A stretch of DNA of 64,000 bases from Acidimicrobiales bacterium (GCA_050010115.1 JBEKLQ010000003.1:20907-84906); one strand, 5' to 3'. Shown: positions 9,020 to 18,573, counted from the stretch's first letter. Translations and numbers: made by a program. Notes: generated by a model not told the origin, from the sequence alone.

Positions 9020-10307
9020 GCAATCCGCCGCCGATCGTGTCGTCGACGTCGTCGGCGTGACGCTTCCTGCCACGATGGCGTCACCGACGATGCCACGCCC
9101 GAAGGTCGTCATCGTGACGGACTCCTGGGGGTCCAATTGGGGTGAGGCGGCAGCTGCCACGCGCCTGGTCGCAGGCGCCCTGGCCCTGCGTGCCACGGTG
9201 ATCATCGTCAGCATCGACGACCGCTCGGCGCTGCGCGAGCGTGACCGGCAGCCCAAGCTCCGGTACGACGGCTTGTTCCCGGTTCACTCGGTCACCGGTC
9301 CGCCCGTGCCGGACGGGGCGGAGCTGCAGGCGGACCTGGTCCGGGCGTCGCTCGCCCGACAGACCGGTGGTGTGATGCCCGAGATCGTGGTGCGAGGCCT
9401 GCTCGACCGAGCTGCCCGGCCGTCGAGCGACGCGATCATCACGACGCTCAGCCTGGAGCCTGACGTGATCGTCCTCGCCGGCAAGGCGACGTTCTGGCTC
9501 GCGATCGCGCTGCCGATCAGCGAGGACCGACCGCGAGTGGTTCTGCTGCCGCTCAGCGGTGACGACCCAGCGCTCTCATCGCCGGCGTTCGGCCCCGTGG
9601 CTGACGTGGTCGAGTCGATCGGCGCGTTCTCAGATGTCGAGTTCCGGCGCATCGCGGGCACCCTCGGGGCCGATTCGACCGCCAAGCTGCGCCGGATGCA
9701 CATCGCCTTCCCGGTCAACCGCTTGGCCGCCACCGCCAGCATGGCGGGGGTGGGGTCATTCGGTCCCAACGTGCTCGTCATCTCGGCGTTCGACGAGGAC
9801 CCGGCCATCGGTCGCTGCCCGCCTCACGACTACCTGCGCCAGGTGTTCGGCGACATCTCCATCGCCGAGGTGAGACGGCACCGGTGGGTCGTGACCGGAG
9901 GTGGGCGGCGTTTTGACATGACGTGGACAGCGACCCGCATGAACATGTGGAGGCTGATGGCTCGGGCGGCGGTGACGATCGACCTCCGGCCGCCGGGCCC
10001 GATCGGCCGAGAGGCCATCGAGTCGCTGCGGTTCGGTACGCCCGTGGTCGTGCCGGAGGGCTCCGTGGCCGCCGAGCACGCGGCCCGTTCCAACGGTGGG
10101 CTCTGGTACCGCAACCAGGGCGAGATGGCCGACTGCGTACGCACGTTGCTCGATGACGACGACCTGCGGGCTCGTCTCGGTGCGAACGGCCAGGAGTGGG
10201 CCGAGCGGTTCCACGGAGACACCCAGACCTTCGTGGAGGACACGATCCGGTTGGTGATCGGTTCGGCGTCGGAGCCTGAGTCACTGGCGGTGACCGGCCA
10301 TCGCTAG
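9012..10307 (+). CDS. Divergent GT-B (GT1/GT4-like) glycosyltransferase
   Basis: Internal ATG (codon 42) of track ORF 8889..10307, forming an ATGGCTGA overlap with the upstream stop. The C-terminal GREAIESLRFGTPVVVPEGSVAAEHAARSNGGLWY...LRARLGANGQEWAERF resembles the GT-B nucleotide-sugar-binding half. Confidence 0.6.
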   Translation: MAEQSAADRVVDVVGVTLPATMASPTMPRPKVVIVTDSWGSNWGEAAAATRLVAGALALRATVIIVSIDDRSALRERDRQPKLRYDGLFPVHSVTGPPVPDGAELQADLVRASLARQTGGVMPEIVVRGLLDRAARPSSDAIITTLSLEPDVIVLAGKATFWLAIALPISEDRPRVVLLPLSGDDPALSSPAFGPVADVVESIGAFSDVEFRRIAGTLGADSTAKLRRMHIAFPVNRLAATASMAGVGSFGPNVLVISAFDEDPAIGRCPPHDYLRQVFGDISIAEVRRHRWVVTGGGRRFDMTWTATRMNMWRLMARAAVTIDLRPPGPIGREAIESLRFGTPVVVPEGSVAAEHAARSNGGLWYRNQGEMADCVRTLLDDDDLRARLGANGQEWAERFHGDTQTFVEDTIRLVIGSASEPESLAVTGHR

Positions 10308-10394
10308 CCGAGCAGCTAGCCGAGCAGCTAGCCGAGCAGCTAGCCGAGCAGCTAGCCGAGCAGCTAGCCGAGCAGCTAGCCGAGCAGCTAGCCG
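10305..10394. repeat. Perfect 12-bp tandem repeat TAGCCGAGCAGC x7.5
   Basis: Read directly. Units start at 10305, 10317, ... 10377, plus a partial unit TAGCCG. The first TAG is the stop of the GT-B gene. Every junction makes the palindrome GCTAGC. The array fills almost the whole gap between two convergent genes. Confidence 0.98.
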
Positions 10395-10398
10395 CAGT

Positions 10399-11391
10399 TC
10401 AACATGGCTCGAGAAGCTCGGCGACGATGCCGTCGAGAATGTCGGACTCCGAGACGGTGAGCTCCTCGAACCCGAGCACGTCCATCACCGTGTCGAGCAC
10501 CAGCGCCCCACCCACGAGCACGTCCGCCCGATCGTGCTCCATCCCCCGGCGGCGGCGGCGCTCGGTAACCGGCACCTGAGCCAGCTCGCCGAACAGCCTC
10601 GACACCTCGGCGCGGGGCAACCGGGCATGATGAACCGCCTCCCGGTCGTAGGAATCCAGGCCGAGCGCGAGCACCGCGAGCGCTGAGACCGTGCCGGCAA
10701 GGCCGACGAGGCCGCGGGGACTTCTAGCGCCGGCAGCGGCGGTGGTGTAGCTCGTCCCGGCGCTCGAGCTGACGAACGCCGGGTGCTGACTGGCGGCCTG
10801 CCTGGTGAGATCGGCCACGTACGAACGGGCAGCGGCGACCTCCGACGCCGCCGGTGGGTCGCTCGCCAACCACCGCTCGGTCACCCTCACGCACCCGACA
10901 TCCAGCGAGACCGCCTCGACCTCGCCAACGACGGACGTGACGAGCTCGGTCGACCCACCGCCCACGTCGACAACCAGCCATGGGCCAGCATCAGCGTCGA
11001 GCTCCGCCGTCGCGCCGCTGTACGAGAGGCGCCCTTCCTCCGCGCCCGACAGGACCCTGGGCTCGAAGCCGATGACCCGCGCCGCCGGCCCAAGAAACCC
11101 CTCGGCATTCCCCGCATCACGCACCGCCGACGTGGCCGTCGCGAAGGCTCGGGACACACCCTCACGCTCCATCGCCTCGCGATACTCCTCGAGGACGGCG
11201 AGCGTGCGGGCGATCGCCTGAGGCGAGAGCAGGCCAGTGCGGTCGACACCCTCGCCAAGGCGGGTGATCCGCATCCGCCGGTCCACCGTCGACCCGTCCC
11301 CTCGGGCGATGAGGAGCCGAGTCGAGTTCGTACCGCAGTCGATCGCCGCCACGGTGAGGCCGACGCCGGCGGTGCGTGCAACCGGTGGCAC
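10399..11391 (-). CDS. ppx: Exopolyphosphatase / guanosine pentaphosphate phosphohydrolase family (Ppx/GppA)
   Basis: Contains VAAIDCGTNSTRLLIA, RVLSGAEEGRLSY and VVDVGGGSTELV motifs. I place the start at GTG 11391 (codon 41 of the track ORF), 2 nt after the DUF501 stop. Confidence 0.9.
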   Translation of the reverse strand: MPPVARTAGVGLTVAAIDCGTNSTRLLIARGDGSTVDRRMRITRLGEGVDRTGLLSPQAIARTLAVLEEYREAMEREGVSRAFATATSAVRDAGNAEGFLGPAARVIGFEPRVLSGAEEGRLSYSGATAELDADAGPWLVVDVGGGSTELVTSVVGEVEAVSLDVGCVRVTERWLASDPPAASEVAAARSYVADLTRQAASQHPAFVSSSAGTSYTTAAAGARSPRGLVGLAGTVSALAVLALGLDSYDREAVHHARLPRAEVSRLFGELAQVPVTERRRRRGMEHDRADVLVGGALVLDTVMDVLGFEELTVSESDILDGIVAELLEPC

Positions 11392-11393
11392 GT

Positions 11394-11864
11394 TCAGTCG
11401 CGTGACTCGACGGTGAAGTCGGCGCGATCCAGTTCGAGGCGCTCGGCCACCCATGCCCCGACCGGGTCGTCCCCACCGGCGAGGTACCAGGCGAAGTGCG
11501 CGTGCAGGCACTTGACGCCCTTGCGCGTACCGCCCACCCCGCCAGAGGGCCGAGGTCCGGCGTAGCCCACGGCTACCTCCAGGTCACGTTCGGCGGCGTA
11601 CCTCCTATGGGCGGCCGCGAGCAGACCGGCGTCGATGGCCGCCTCGGCCTCCCTCACCCCACCGTCGGCCTCGAGTCGGCTGACAGCCGCCGTCTCGGTC
11701 TTGCCGACCAACCAGAAACGCGTCGGCATCGGAGTCGAGTCGTCGAGGATCGGTGGGTTGCGGATCACGACCGGCGCACCGGCCCGGTCCCGTACCGACA
11801 CCTCGAAGCCCCTCGGCTCCCTCCCCAACAACGCCGCGACCACATCCCGGTCGCTGACGGTCAC
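11394..11864 (-). CDS. DUF501 domain protein (conserved partner of ftsB/ppx in Actinomycetota)
   Basis: Contains PMPTRFWLVGK...GGTRKGVKCLHAHFAWYLAGG. The start at GTG 11864 forms a GTGA overlap with the coxG-like stop. Confidence 0.8.
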   Translation of the reverse strand: MTVSDRDVVAALLGREPRGFEVSVRDRAGAPVVIRNPPILDDSTPMPTRFWLVGKTETAAVSRLEADGGVREAEAAIDAGLLAAAHRRYAAERDLEVAVGYAGPRPSGGVGGTRKGVKCLHAHFAWYLAGGDDPVGAWVAERLELDRADFTVESRD

Positions 11865-12628
11865 TTCTTCCTGCGGCGCAGTGCGTAGACGACGATCCTC
11901 GCCAGGAACAGCACACCGGCGACGCTCGCATACGGCCACAACCGCTTCGCTAGCGACGGCCCGGCGATGCCGACGAGGTTGACCGGCTCAGCCGGCACCG
12001 ACTGGATCTGCCGCACAGCCGGCCGTGCGGACTCGGCGGCGGTCGACTCGGCACCGCTCTCGACGGCAGTCGGCGCAACGCCGAGGCGCTCAGCGCCAGG
12101 CGTCGCAGCCGCAGCGTCGGCAGCCGCCGCCTCGAGCTCGGCAGTGGCGGCGTCAGCGGGCACCGCCTCACCTTCAGCCTCGCTCGGACCCAGCACCATG
12201 ATCTCCAGGTTGTGCACGAACTGGCCGAGCAGCTTCCCCGACACGTCGGCGAGGACACCCCGCCCGAACTGCGCCACCTTGCCGGTGATGGCGAGGTCGG
12301 TCGAGACCATCACTTTCGTGCCCACCCCAGATGGCTCCATCGTCGCAATGATGGTGGCCGAGGCGTTGCCTTGCCCGCGAGTCTCCCGGCCCTCGGCCTT
12401 CAACACGGCTCGGTGGGTAGCCTCGTCCAGTTCCTCGAAGCGCGCGGCACCCTTGTAGGACGCCGTGATCGGGCCCACCTTCACCTTGACGATCCCGCGG
12501 TACTCGTCCCCTTCGATCTCCTTCAACTCAGCGCCCGGAAGGCACGGGGCGATCCGTTCCACGTCAGTCAGGATCGCCCAGGCCTGCTCCACAGGAACGG
12601 CGACTTCGAAGACGTCGGTCAATTCCAT
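11861..12628 (-). CDS. coxG: CoxG-like SRPBCC protein with Ala-rich linker and C-terminal membrane anchor
   Basis: Starts at ATG 12628 (codon 113 of the track ORF) with MELTDVFEVAVPVEQAWAILTDVERIAPCLPGAELKEIEGDEYRG... The tail is LWPYASVAGVLFLARIVVYALRRRKK. Confidence 0.85.
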   Translation of the reverse strand: MELTDVFEVAVPVEQAWAILTDVERIAPCLPGAELKEIEGDEYRGIVKVKVGPITASYKGAARFEELDEATHRAVLKAEGRETRGQGNASATIIATMEPSGVGTKVMVSTDLAITGKVAQFGRGVLADVSGKLLGQFVHNLEIMVLGPSEAEGEAVPADAATAELEAAAADAAAATPGAERLGVAPTAVESGAESTAAESARPAVRQIQSVPAEPVNLVGIAGPSLAKRLWPYASVAGVLFLARIVVYALRRRKK

Positions 12629-13176
12629 CGGCGGAGGTCCTCTCGGGTGTCGATGTCGGTTGCTATACCCTCGCAGGCTACTTCGACCACAAGTTCCGGT
12701 CGTCTCGACATGAGCGAGCGGGCGCCGGAATCGCCGCTGATCGGCAGCAGGGTCCACACCTGGGCATCCAGCCGGACGGGGTGCCCACGGTGCCCACGGT
12801 AGGTCGCCACGACGATCGGGCCGCCAGGCGCGTCGGCCACACGGCGCCAGGCTTCGGCGGTCAGTCCCGGCATGTCGGCCAGCCCGATGACCGCGGACGC
12901 GTGTCCCTGCCGCTGGCACCAGTCGAGGGCCACGCCCAGCGAGGTGGCCTGGCCCAGCTCCCACTGATGGTTGTGCAGCAGCGTGACCCCTTCGGGTACC
13001 ACGTCGCCGAGATCAGCGGCCCCGGTGACGACGACGACCTCGTCGAGTCCCGCCTCGAGCGCCGGCCCGATCGCCCAAGCCACGAGTGGCCGGCCGTGAG
13101 CGGGCGCCAGGAGCTTGGAGCCACCCTGGAACCGTGAGCCCGCCCCGGCAGCCAGTATCACGCCAGCAATGGACAT
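12619..13176 (-). CDS. mocA: MobA/MocA-like molybdenum cofactor cytidylyltransferase
   Basis: 185 aa. Starts MSIAGVILAAGAGSRFQGGSKLL, the NTP-transferase signature. Location in a cox/xdh-type cluster supports the call. Confidence 0.8.
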   Translation of the reverse strand: MSIAGVILAAGAGSRFQGGSKLLAPAHGRPLVAWAIGPALEAGLDEVVVVTGAADLGDVVPEGVTLLHNHQWELGQATSLGVALDWCQRQGHASAVIGLADMPGLTAEAWRRVADAPGGPIVVATYRGHRGHPVRLDAQVWTLLPISGDSGARSLMSRRPELVVEVACEGIATDIDTREDLRRWN

Positions 13177-13197
13177 CGCGTCGAGCGTACTGAGCGC

Positions 13198-14118
13198 TCA
13201 ACGCGAATGAATCGGGCCGGCCCCCGCTCGCAGCGAAGGCACTGGTGTGGCCGTGCGGCAGGCGATGATCTCGGCGCAGATGGCGATCGCCGTCTCCTCG
13301 GGCGTACGAGCGCCGATGGCGAGTCCGATCGGGCTCATCAGGCGCGTCGACAACGCCTCGGGGTCGGCGCCCGCGTCGAGCAAGCGCCGCCACCGCTCCT
13401 CGTGGGTCCGGCGCGACCCCATGGCGCCGAGGTACCCAACGCGGGTCTGCATTGCCGAGAGGACCGCCGGTACGTCGAACTTGGCGTCGTGCGTCAACAC
13501 GCAGACGGCGTCTCTGGGCCCCAGATCCTCCCCGACCCGGTTCAAGTAGCGGTCAGGCCACTCGACGATCACCTCGTGCGCCATAGGAAACCGCTCCACC
13601 GTCGCAAAGACAGCCCTAGCGTCGCACACGACGACGTGGTAGCCGAGCAGGCGGCCCACCGACGCGAGGGCGGCGGTGAAGTCCACCGCTCCGAAGATGA
13701 TCAGCCGGGGAGGCGGCGCGAACACCTCGATGAACACCTCGACCGACGTCTGGCGTGCCTCGCCGCGCTTGCCATAGTGACGGCTGACGGTCAGCCCGCT
13801 CTCGACAGCAGCCAACACGTCACGGGTCACCACACGGTCGAGATCCGGGTTGCCGAGACTGCCGACGATCTCGGGAGCGGAGTCCGTCGGGACGACCAGC
13901 AGCTTGGCGCCGAGCGAGACGGCAGGACTCTCCTCTGCCGCCTCCCCCGCTTCGGGCTCGAGCCCGGTGACCGTCGCCAGCGCTGCCGGCCGCGTCTGAC
14001 GGAGCGCCGCCCGCAGTGCCTCGAAGACGGGCCGCTGGCTTCCCGAACCCGCCGATGTGGCTGGCCCTGCTGGCAGTCCCGCCCCTGCCTCAGGCCCTGT
14101 GGCCGGTCCCGTGGTCAC
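13198..14118 (-). CDS. xdhC: XdhC/CoxI-family maturation factor, C-terminal part (second XdhC_CoxI-like segment + Rossmann domain)
   Basis: Contains LIIFGAVDFTAALASVGRLLGYHVVVCDARAVFAT...THDAKFD...YLGAMGSRRTHEER. I start it at GTG 14118, which overlaps the TGA of the upstream half (GTGA). The track's longer N-terminus to 14271 overlaps that half out of frame. Confidence 0.75.
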   Translation of the reverse strand: MTTGPATGPEAGAGLPAGPATSAGSGSQRPVFEALRAALRQTRPAALATVTGLEPEAGEAAEESPAVSLGAKLLVVPTDSAPEIVGSLGNPDLDRVVTRDVLAAVESGLTVSRHYGKRGEARQTSVEVFIEVFAPPPRLIIFGAVDFTAALASVGRLLGYHVVVCDARAVFATVERFPMAHEVIVEWPDRYLNRVGEDLGPRDAVCVLTHDAKFDVPAVLSAMQTRVGYLGAMGSRRTHEERWRRLLDAGADPEALSTRLMSPIGLAIGARTPEETAIAICAEIIACRTATPVPSLRAGAGPIHSR

Positions 14119-14429
14119 CAGTCGATCGGCTCCACCAGCACCCGCAAGGTCCCACCGCAGGTCAGCCCGACGGCGAACGCCTCGTCGTCGGAATAGCCGA
14201 ACGTGCACACACGGGCCGTGCCGGACTCGAGCACCGACAGCGCCTCGGTCACGACCGCCCCTTCCACACACCCGCCGGAGATCGACCCGGCCACTTCACC
14301 GGCATCGCTGACCTCCATCGTCGCTCCAGGGTCCCGCGGGCTCGATCCCTCCACGGCCACGACCCGGGCGATGGCCACCCGCTTTCCCTCGGCCAACCAT
14401 CCGTCGACCTGGTCGAGCACTTCTTTCAT
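14115..14429 (-). CDS. xdhC: XdhC/CoxI-family maturation factor, N-terminal domain as a separate ORF
   Basis: 104 aa: MKEVLDQVDGWLAEGKRVAIARVVAVEGSSPRDPGATMEV...SISGGCVEGAV...DDEAFAVGLTCGGTLRVLVEPIDW. This is normally the first domain of a single XdhC polypeptide. Confidence 0.75.
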   Translation of the reverse strand: MKEVLDQVDGWLAEGKRVAIARVVAVEGSSPRDPGATMEVSDAGEVAGSISGGCVEGAVVTEALSVLESGTARVCTFGYSDDEAFAVGLTCGGTLRVLVEPIDW

Positions 14430-14451
14430 GTGGGCCTACCTACTCGAACAC

Positions 14452-15282
14452 TTAGGCCAGCGCCTGGGTGAGCGCCCGACGGACCAGCACGCGCGACAGG
14501 TGCCGCCGGAACGACTCGGAGGCGTTCGCATCGCCAACCACATCCAGCCCGGAGTCAGCCAGCGAGGCAGCATCAGCAGCGGGAGCACCCTCTGACACCG
14601 CTGCCTCCACGGCCGACGCCCGAACCGGCACTGAGCCGATGTTGATCAGGCTCACCCCGACCGAGGGCCCCCCATTGAGCTTCACCGCTACGGCGCCAAC
14701 GATGGCCCAGTCCTGGGCACGCTTGGTGAGCTTCTCGAAGCCCCAACCGCTTGCACCCATCTTCGGGAGCCGGATCTCGGTCAGAATCTCGTCCGGCGCG
14801 AGCGCCGTCTCGAGGAACCCGAGATGGAACTTGGACGCCTCGACCGCTCGCGTCTCGCCCGGGCCGCTCATCATGAGCGTCCCGCCGAGCGCCAAGACGA
14901 GGGCAGGAAGGTCGGAGGCGGCGTCGCCGTGGGCAATCGATCCACCGATCGTGCCCCGGTGGCGCACCTGCGGATCGCCGATCTGCCCGGCGACGTGAGC
15001 GAGCACCGGGAGCTCGGCAGCCACCAGGGGCGAACGCGACAGCTCGTCGTGGGAGGTGAGCGCCCCGATGGCGAGGTGGTCGCCGCCGTCACGGACGTAG
15101 GACAGCTCCGAGAGCCGGCCGATGTCGACAAGCACGTCCGGAGTGGCCAAGCGCAGCTTCATCAACGGCAGCAGCGAGTGCCCGCCGGCGAGCAGCTTGG
15201 CGGAATCGCCGTGCTCGTTCAATAACTCGAGGGCGTGAGCGAAGGACTCGGCTCGCACGTACTCGAAAGCGGATGGGATCAC
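14452..15282 (-). CDS. coxM: Xanthine-dehydrogenase-family FAD-binding medium subunit (CoxM-like)
   Basis: Starts at GTG 15282 (GTGA overlap with the coxS stop). Sequence runs [21 protein letters not shown]...LLAGGHSLLPLMKLR... Confidence 0.9.
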   Translation of the reverse strand: MIPSAFEYVRAESFAHALELLNEHGDSAKLLAGGHSLLPLMKLRLATPDVLVDIGRLSELSYVRDGGDHLAIGALTSHDELSRSPLVAAELPVLAHVAGQIGDPQVRHRGTIGGSIAHGDAASDLPALVLALGGTLMMSGPGETRAVEASKFHLGFLETALAPDEILTEIRLPKMGASGWGFEKLTKRAQDWAIVGAVAVKLNGGPSVGVSLINIGSVPVRASAVEAAVSEGAPAADAASLADSGLDVVGDANASESFRRHLSRVLVRRALTQALA

Positions 15283-15761
15283 GACCGCAGCTCCGGCGCC
15301 CGGGCAGCAGCCATGGCCGCCTCGATGATGTTGTGGTACCCGGTGCATCGGCAGAGGTTGCCCTCGAGACCCAACCGCACGTCGGCCTCTGTGAGCTCTT
15401 CGCCATCGCCGCGCTCTGCGAGGAGCGACGTGATGGCCATCACCATGCCGGGCGTGCAGTAGCCGCACTGGAGACCGTGGTGCTCCCGGAACGCTCGCTG
15501 CACCGGGTGCATCGTCCCGTCCGCCGCGGCCATCCCTTCGATGGTCGTCACCTCGGCACCGTCGGCCTGGGCCGCCAGCACGGTGCAGGACTTCACGGAC
15601 CGGCCGTCGAGCAGCACGGTGCAGGCGCCGCAGGACGTGGTGTCGCAGCCGACGTTCGTCCCCTTCAGCCCGGCCGCGTCCCGTATGTAGTGGACGAGCA
15701 GCGTCCGCGCCTCGACGTCGTGGGACGTCTCGGTGCCGTTGAGTGTGATCGTGACCCGCAT
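15279..15761 (-). CDS. coxS: (2Fe-2S)-binding small subunit (CoxS-like)
   Basis: Starts at ATG 15761 with MRVTITLNG. Carries the cysteine clusters [11 protein letters not shown] and CGYCTPG...CRCTGY. Confidence 0.92.
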   Translation of the reverse strand: MRVTITLNGTETSHDVEARTLLVHYIRDAAGLKGTNVGCDTTSCGACTVLLDGRSVKSCTVLAAQADGAEVTTIEGMAAADGTMHPVQRAFREHHGLQCGYCTPGMVMAITSLLAERGDGEELTEADVRLGLEGNLCRCTGYHNIIEAAMAAARAPELRS

Positions 15762-15763
15762 GG

Positions 15764-18067
15764 TCAAGCTGCTCCTTTCTCCTCGTGAGCCGGTGAACCG
15801 GCGCCGCCCGCCGCCTGGATCGCCGTCCACACGCGCTCGGGCGTCGTCGGCATGTCGATGTGCCGCACACCGAGGTGGGCGACCGCATCCACGACGGCGT
15901 TGTGCACCGCTGGCGTCGAGCCGATCGTGCCGGACTCGCCGATGCCTTTGGCACCGAGAGGGTTTCTCGGGGTGGGTGTCTCGGTGAACGCCGTCTCGAA
16001 CGCCGGCAGCTCGGCAGCCGACACCATCGAGTAGTCGGCGAGGTTGGCGGTGAGCGGGTTGCCGGCGGCGTCGTAAGTGAACTCCTCCATCAACGCCTGC
16101 GCCGCCCCCTGGGCGATCCCGCCGTGGACCTGCCCCTCGGCCAGGAGCGGGTTGAGGATGCGACCGGCGTCGTCGACGGCGATGTGCCGCACCAGTTTGA
16201 CCGAACCGGTCTCGGTGTCGACCTCCACGACGGCGACGTGCGTCCCGAACGGGAACGTCGCCCCGCCCGAGGACATGTCCACCTCGGCCATGAGCGGCGA
16301 GCCGTCACGGTCGAGCGACGCCTGCGCCAGCTCGCCCCACCCCCGGGCGATGGCCGGCGTGCCGGCGACGTGAAAGGCGCCGCTCGGGCGGTCGAGCACG
16401 ATGTCGGCTGCGTCGGCCTCGAACAGGTCAGCCGCCAGCGACTTGGCTTTGTCGACGACTTCGAGCGCCGCCTGGTTGACGGCCGAGCCGCCGACTTGCA
16501 GGGAGCGGGACCCGAACGTGCCGACGCCCCGGGGCACGATGTCGGTGTCGCCGTGGATGACCTCGATGTCGTCGATTCCGATGCCGAGCTGGTCGGCGAC
16601 GATCATCGACCAGGCGGTGTGGTGGCCCTGGCCGTGGGGCGACGTGCCCGTGCGGACGATCGCCCGCCCGCTCGGGAGGATCTCGACGGCGCCGTACTCG
16701 CCTTCGGGCACGCCGTTGGTGATCTCGACGTACGACGAGATCCCGATGCCGATCTGGTGCGAATCGCCGGCTGCCCGCCGAGCCTGTTGCTCCGACCGCA
16801 GCTCCTCGTACCCGGCCATCTCGAGCGCCAGGTCAAACGCTGTCAGGTACTCGCCGCAGTCGTACTCCGTGCCCGTCGGCGTCGTGTAGGGAAAGGCGTC
16901 GGCGGCGATGAGGTTCCTCCGGCGCAGCTCGGCCGGGCTCATGCCGATCTCCGCCGCGTAGCAGTCCATCGCCCGCTCGAGGGCGGCGGTGGCCTCTGGG
17001 CGGCCGGCTCCCCGGTAGGCGACGGTGGGAACCGTGTTCGTGACGACCGAGTTGCTCGAGCACTCGCCGCGGGGGATCGTGTAGACGCCGGTCGCCATCG
17101 TGCGGGTCATGAACGGCAGCACGGCGCCGATCGCCGGGTAGGCGCCGGCGTCCTGCAGGACGTCGATCCGGTACGCGAGGATGCGGCCGTCGCGGGTGCC
17201 GCCGATCTCGACGTCCTGGACCTGCGCCCGGCCGTGGCCGAGACCGACCATGGACTCGGACCGGGTCTCGACCCAGCGCACCGGCCGGCCGAGCGCACGA
17301 GCCGCCCAGGCGACGACGAGGTCCTCGGCGTACACGCTCGCCTTGGCGCCGAAACCACCCCCGACGTCGGGAGCGATGACGTGGATCTGCTCCGGGTCGA
17401 CACCGAGCGACGTGGCGAGCGTGTCCCGCACGCCGTGGGCGGCCTGGGTCGACGAGTAGAACAACAACCGCCCATCCTCCTCGATGATGGCGGCGGCGGC
17501 ACGACCCTCCATCGGGCACGGGGCGACCCGCTGGTTCAGGATTCGCTGGGAGACGACGACGTCGCAGCCGTCGAACAGCGTCTCGTCACGCCCGAACTGC
17601 AACGAGAAGCAGTTGTTCGTCCCCACTTCGGGGAACAGCAGCGTCTCGTCCTGCAGCGCCTCTTCGGGGTCCACGACGACCGGCAGCGCCTCGTAGTCGA
17701 CGATCACGAATTCGGCGGCATCGGCGGCGGCGGACGGCGATTCGGCCACGATCGCCACGACCGGCTCGCCCACGTAGCGCACCACACCGCTCGCAAGCAC
17801 GGGCCGGGTCATGGCCTGGTTCAAGAACGCCATGCCGGGTGGCATCGGAGCGAGACCGAGATCGTCGTGGGAGTAAACGGCGACCACACCAGGTGCTGCC
17901 CTCGCCTCGTCGAGGTCGATGTTCTCGATCCTGCCGTGCGCCACCGTCGACCGGACGAAGCCGAGGCTCAGCGCACCCGGTAGATCGAGGTCGCCGACAT
18001 AGGTGCCACCCGTCGTGAGGAGCTTGGGGTCCTCGCGACGGAGCACGCGATTGCCGAGGATACTCAT
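15764..18067 (-). CDS. coxL: Molybdopterin-binding large subunit, form-II CoxL-like (xanthine dehydrogenase family)
   Basis: 767 aa, starting [20 protein letters not shown]... The active-site loop reads [11 protein letters not shown] (the AYRGAGR type) rather than the VAYRCSFR type of bona fide CO dehydrogenases. Confidence 0.9.
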   Translation of the reverse strand: MSILGNRVLRREDPKLLTTGGTYVGDLDLPGALSLGFVRSTVAHGRIENIDLDEARAAPGVVAVYSHDDLGLAPMPPGMAFLNQAMTRPVLASGVVRYVGEPVVAIVAESPSAAADAAEFVIVDYEALPVVVDPEEALQDETLLFPEVGTNNCFSLQFGRDETLFDGCDVVVSQRILNQRVAPCPMEGRAAAAIIEEDGRLLFYSSTQAAHGVRDTLATSLGVDPEQIHVIAPDVGGGFGAKASVYAEDLVVAWAARALGRPVRWVETRSESMVGLGHGRAQVQDVEIGGTRDGRILAYRIDVLQDAGAYPAIGAVLPFMTRTMATGVYTIPRGECSSNSVVTNTVPTVAYRGAGRPEATAALERAMDCYAAEIGMSPAELRRRNLIAADAFPYTTPTGTEYDCGEYLTAFDLALEMAGYEELRSEQQARRAAGDSHQIGIGISSYVEITNGVPEGEYGAVEILPSGRAIVRTGTSPHGQGHHTAWSMIVADQLGIGIDDIEVIHGDTDIVPRGVGTFGSRSLQVGGSAVNQAALEVVDKAKSLAADLFEADAADIVLDRPSGAFHVAGTPAIARGWGELAQASLDRDGSPLMAEVDMSSGGATFPFGTHVAVVEVDTETGSVKLVRHIAVDDAGRILNPLLAEGQVHGGIAQGAAQALMEEFTYDAAGNPLTANLADYSMVSAAELPAFETAFTETPTPRNPLGAKGIGESGTIGSTPAVHNAVVDAVAHLGVRHIDMPTTPERVWTAIQAAGGAGSPAHEEKGAA

Positions 18068-18127
18068 AGGCGCCGACCCTAACCGCGAGCGGCCGGATCG
18101 CGCCCGAGTTGCTTCAGCTCATTCGCC

Positions 18128-18573
18128 TCAGGGGGTGGCTTTCCAGAACTCGAAACGCTGCAGCAGCCTCGCCCAGAAACCCTCGCCTTTCGCCGGCGCG
18201 CTCGCCGCCGCCGGGGTCGAGCTCACGATCGAATCGGTCGGCACGAGATCGGACTTCGGCACCGAGATCGAGCCGAGTGGGCCCGCGGAGCTGCCGGACT
18301 TCGATGGTGAGGGGAGCACCACGACCGAGCGCTGCCCCTTCGCCACCAGCCCGTAGTCCTGGTGGGCGATCCGGGCGACGGTGCTCGGCTGGTGCAATGA
18401 GCTGACTTCCGAAGCGAGGGATCGGTTCTCTGCTTGCAACTCGGTCAGCTGACTCGTGGCCTGGGCTACCGCCGCGTGCTGGCGCAGCAGCTGGCCGAGC
18501 GGGAACTCGGTGGCGACGATGGCGATGCCGGCGACGAACGACACCAGCAGGAAGATCCTGGCGCGGGCGATCA

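Noticed and set aside
10305-10394. Possible CRISPR array
   Set aside because: The units are contiguous 12-mers with no unique spacers, far shorter than CRISPR repeats, and I saw no cas genes in the window.
12629-12964. 112-codon extension upstream of the CoxG-like start, and the similar extension 14119..14271 upstream of the XdhC C-terminal part
   Set aside because: Both overlap the preceding, motif-supported genes in another frame. The conserved domains begin at the internal starts, which show coupling overlaps.
15860-17983. 707-aa plus-strand ORF
   Set aside because: It lies entirely antisense to the CoxL-like gene, whose translation has clear family motifs. Its own product is low-complexity Arg/Gly/Asp/Val.
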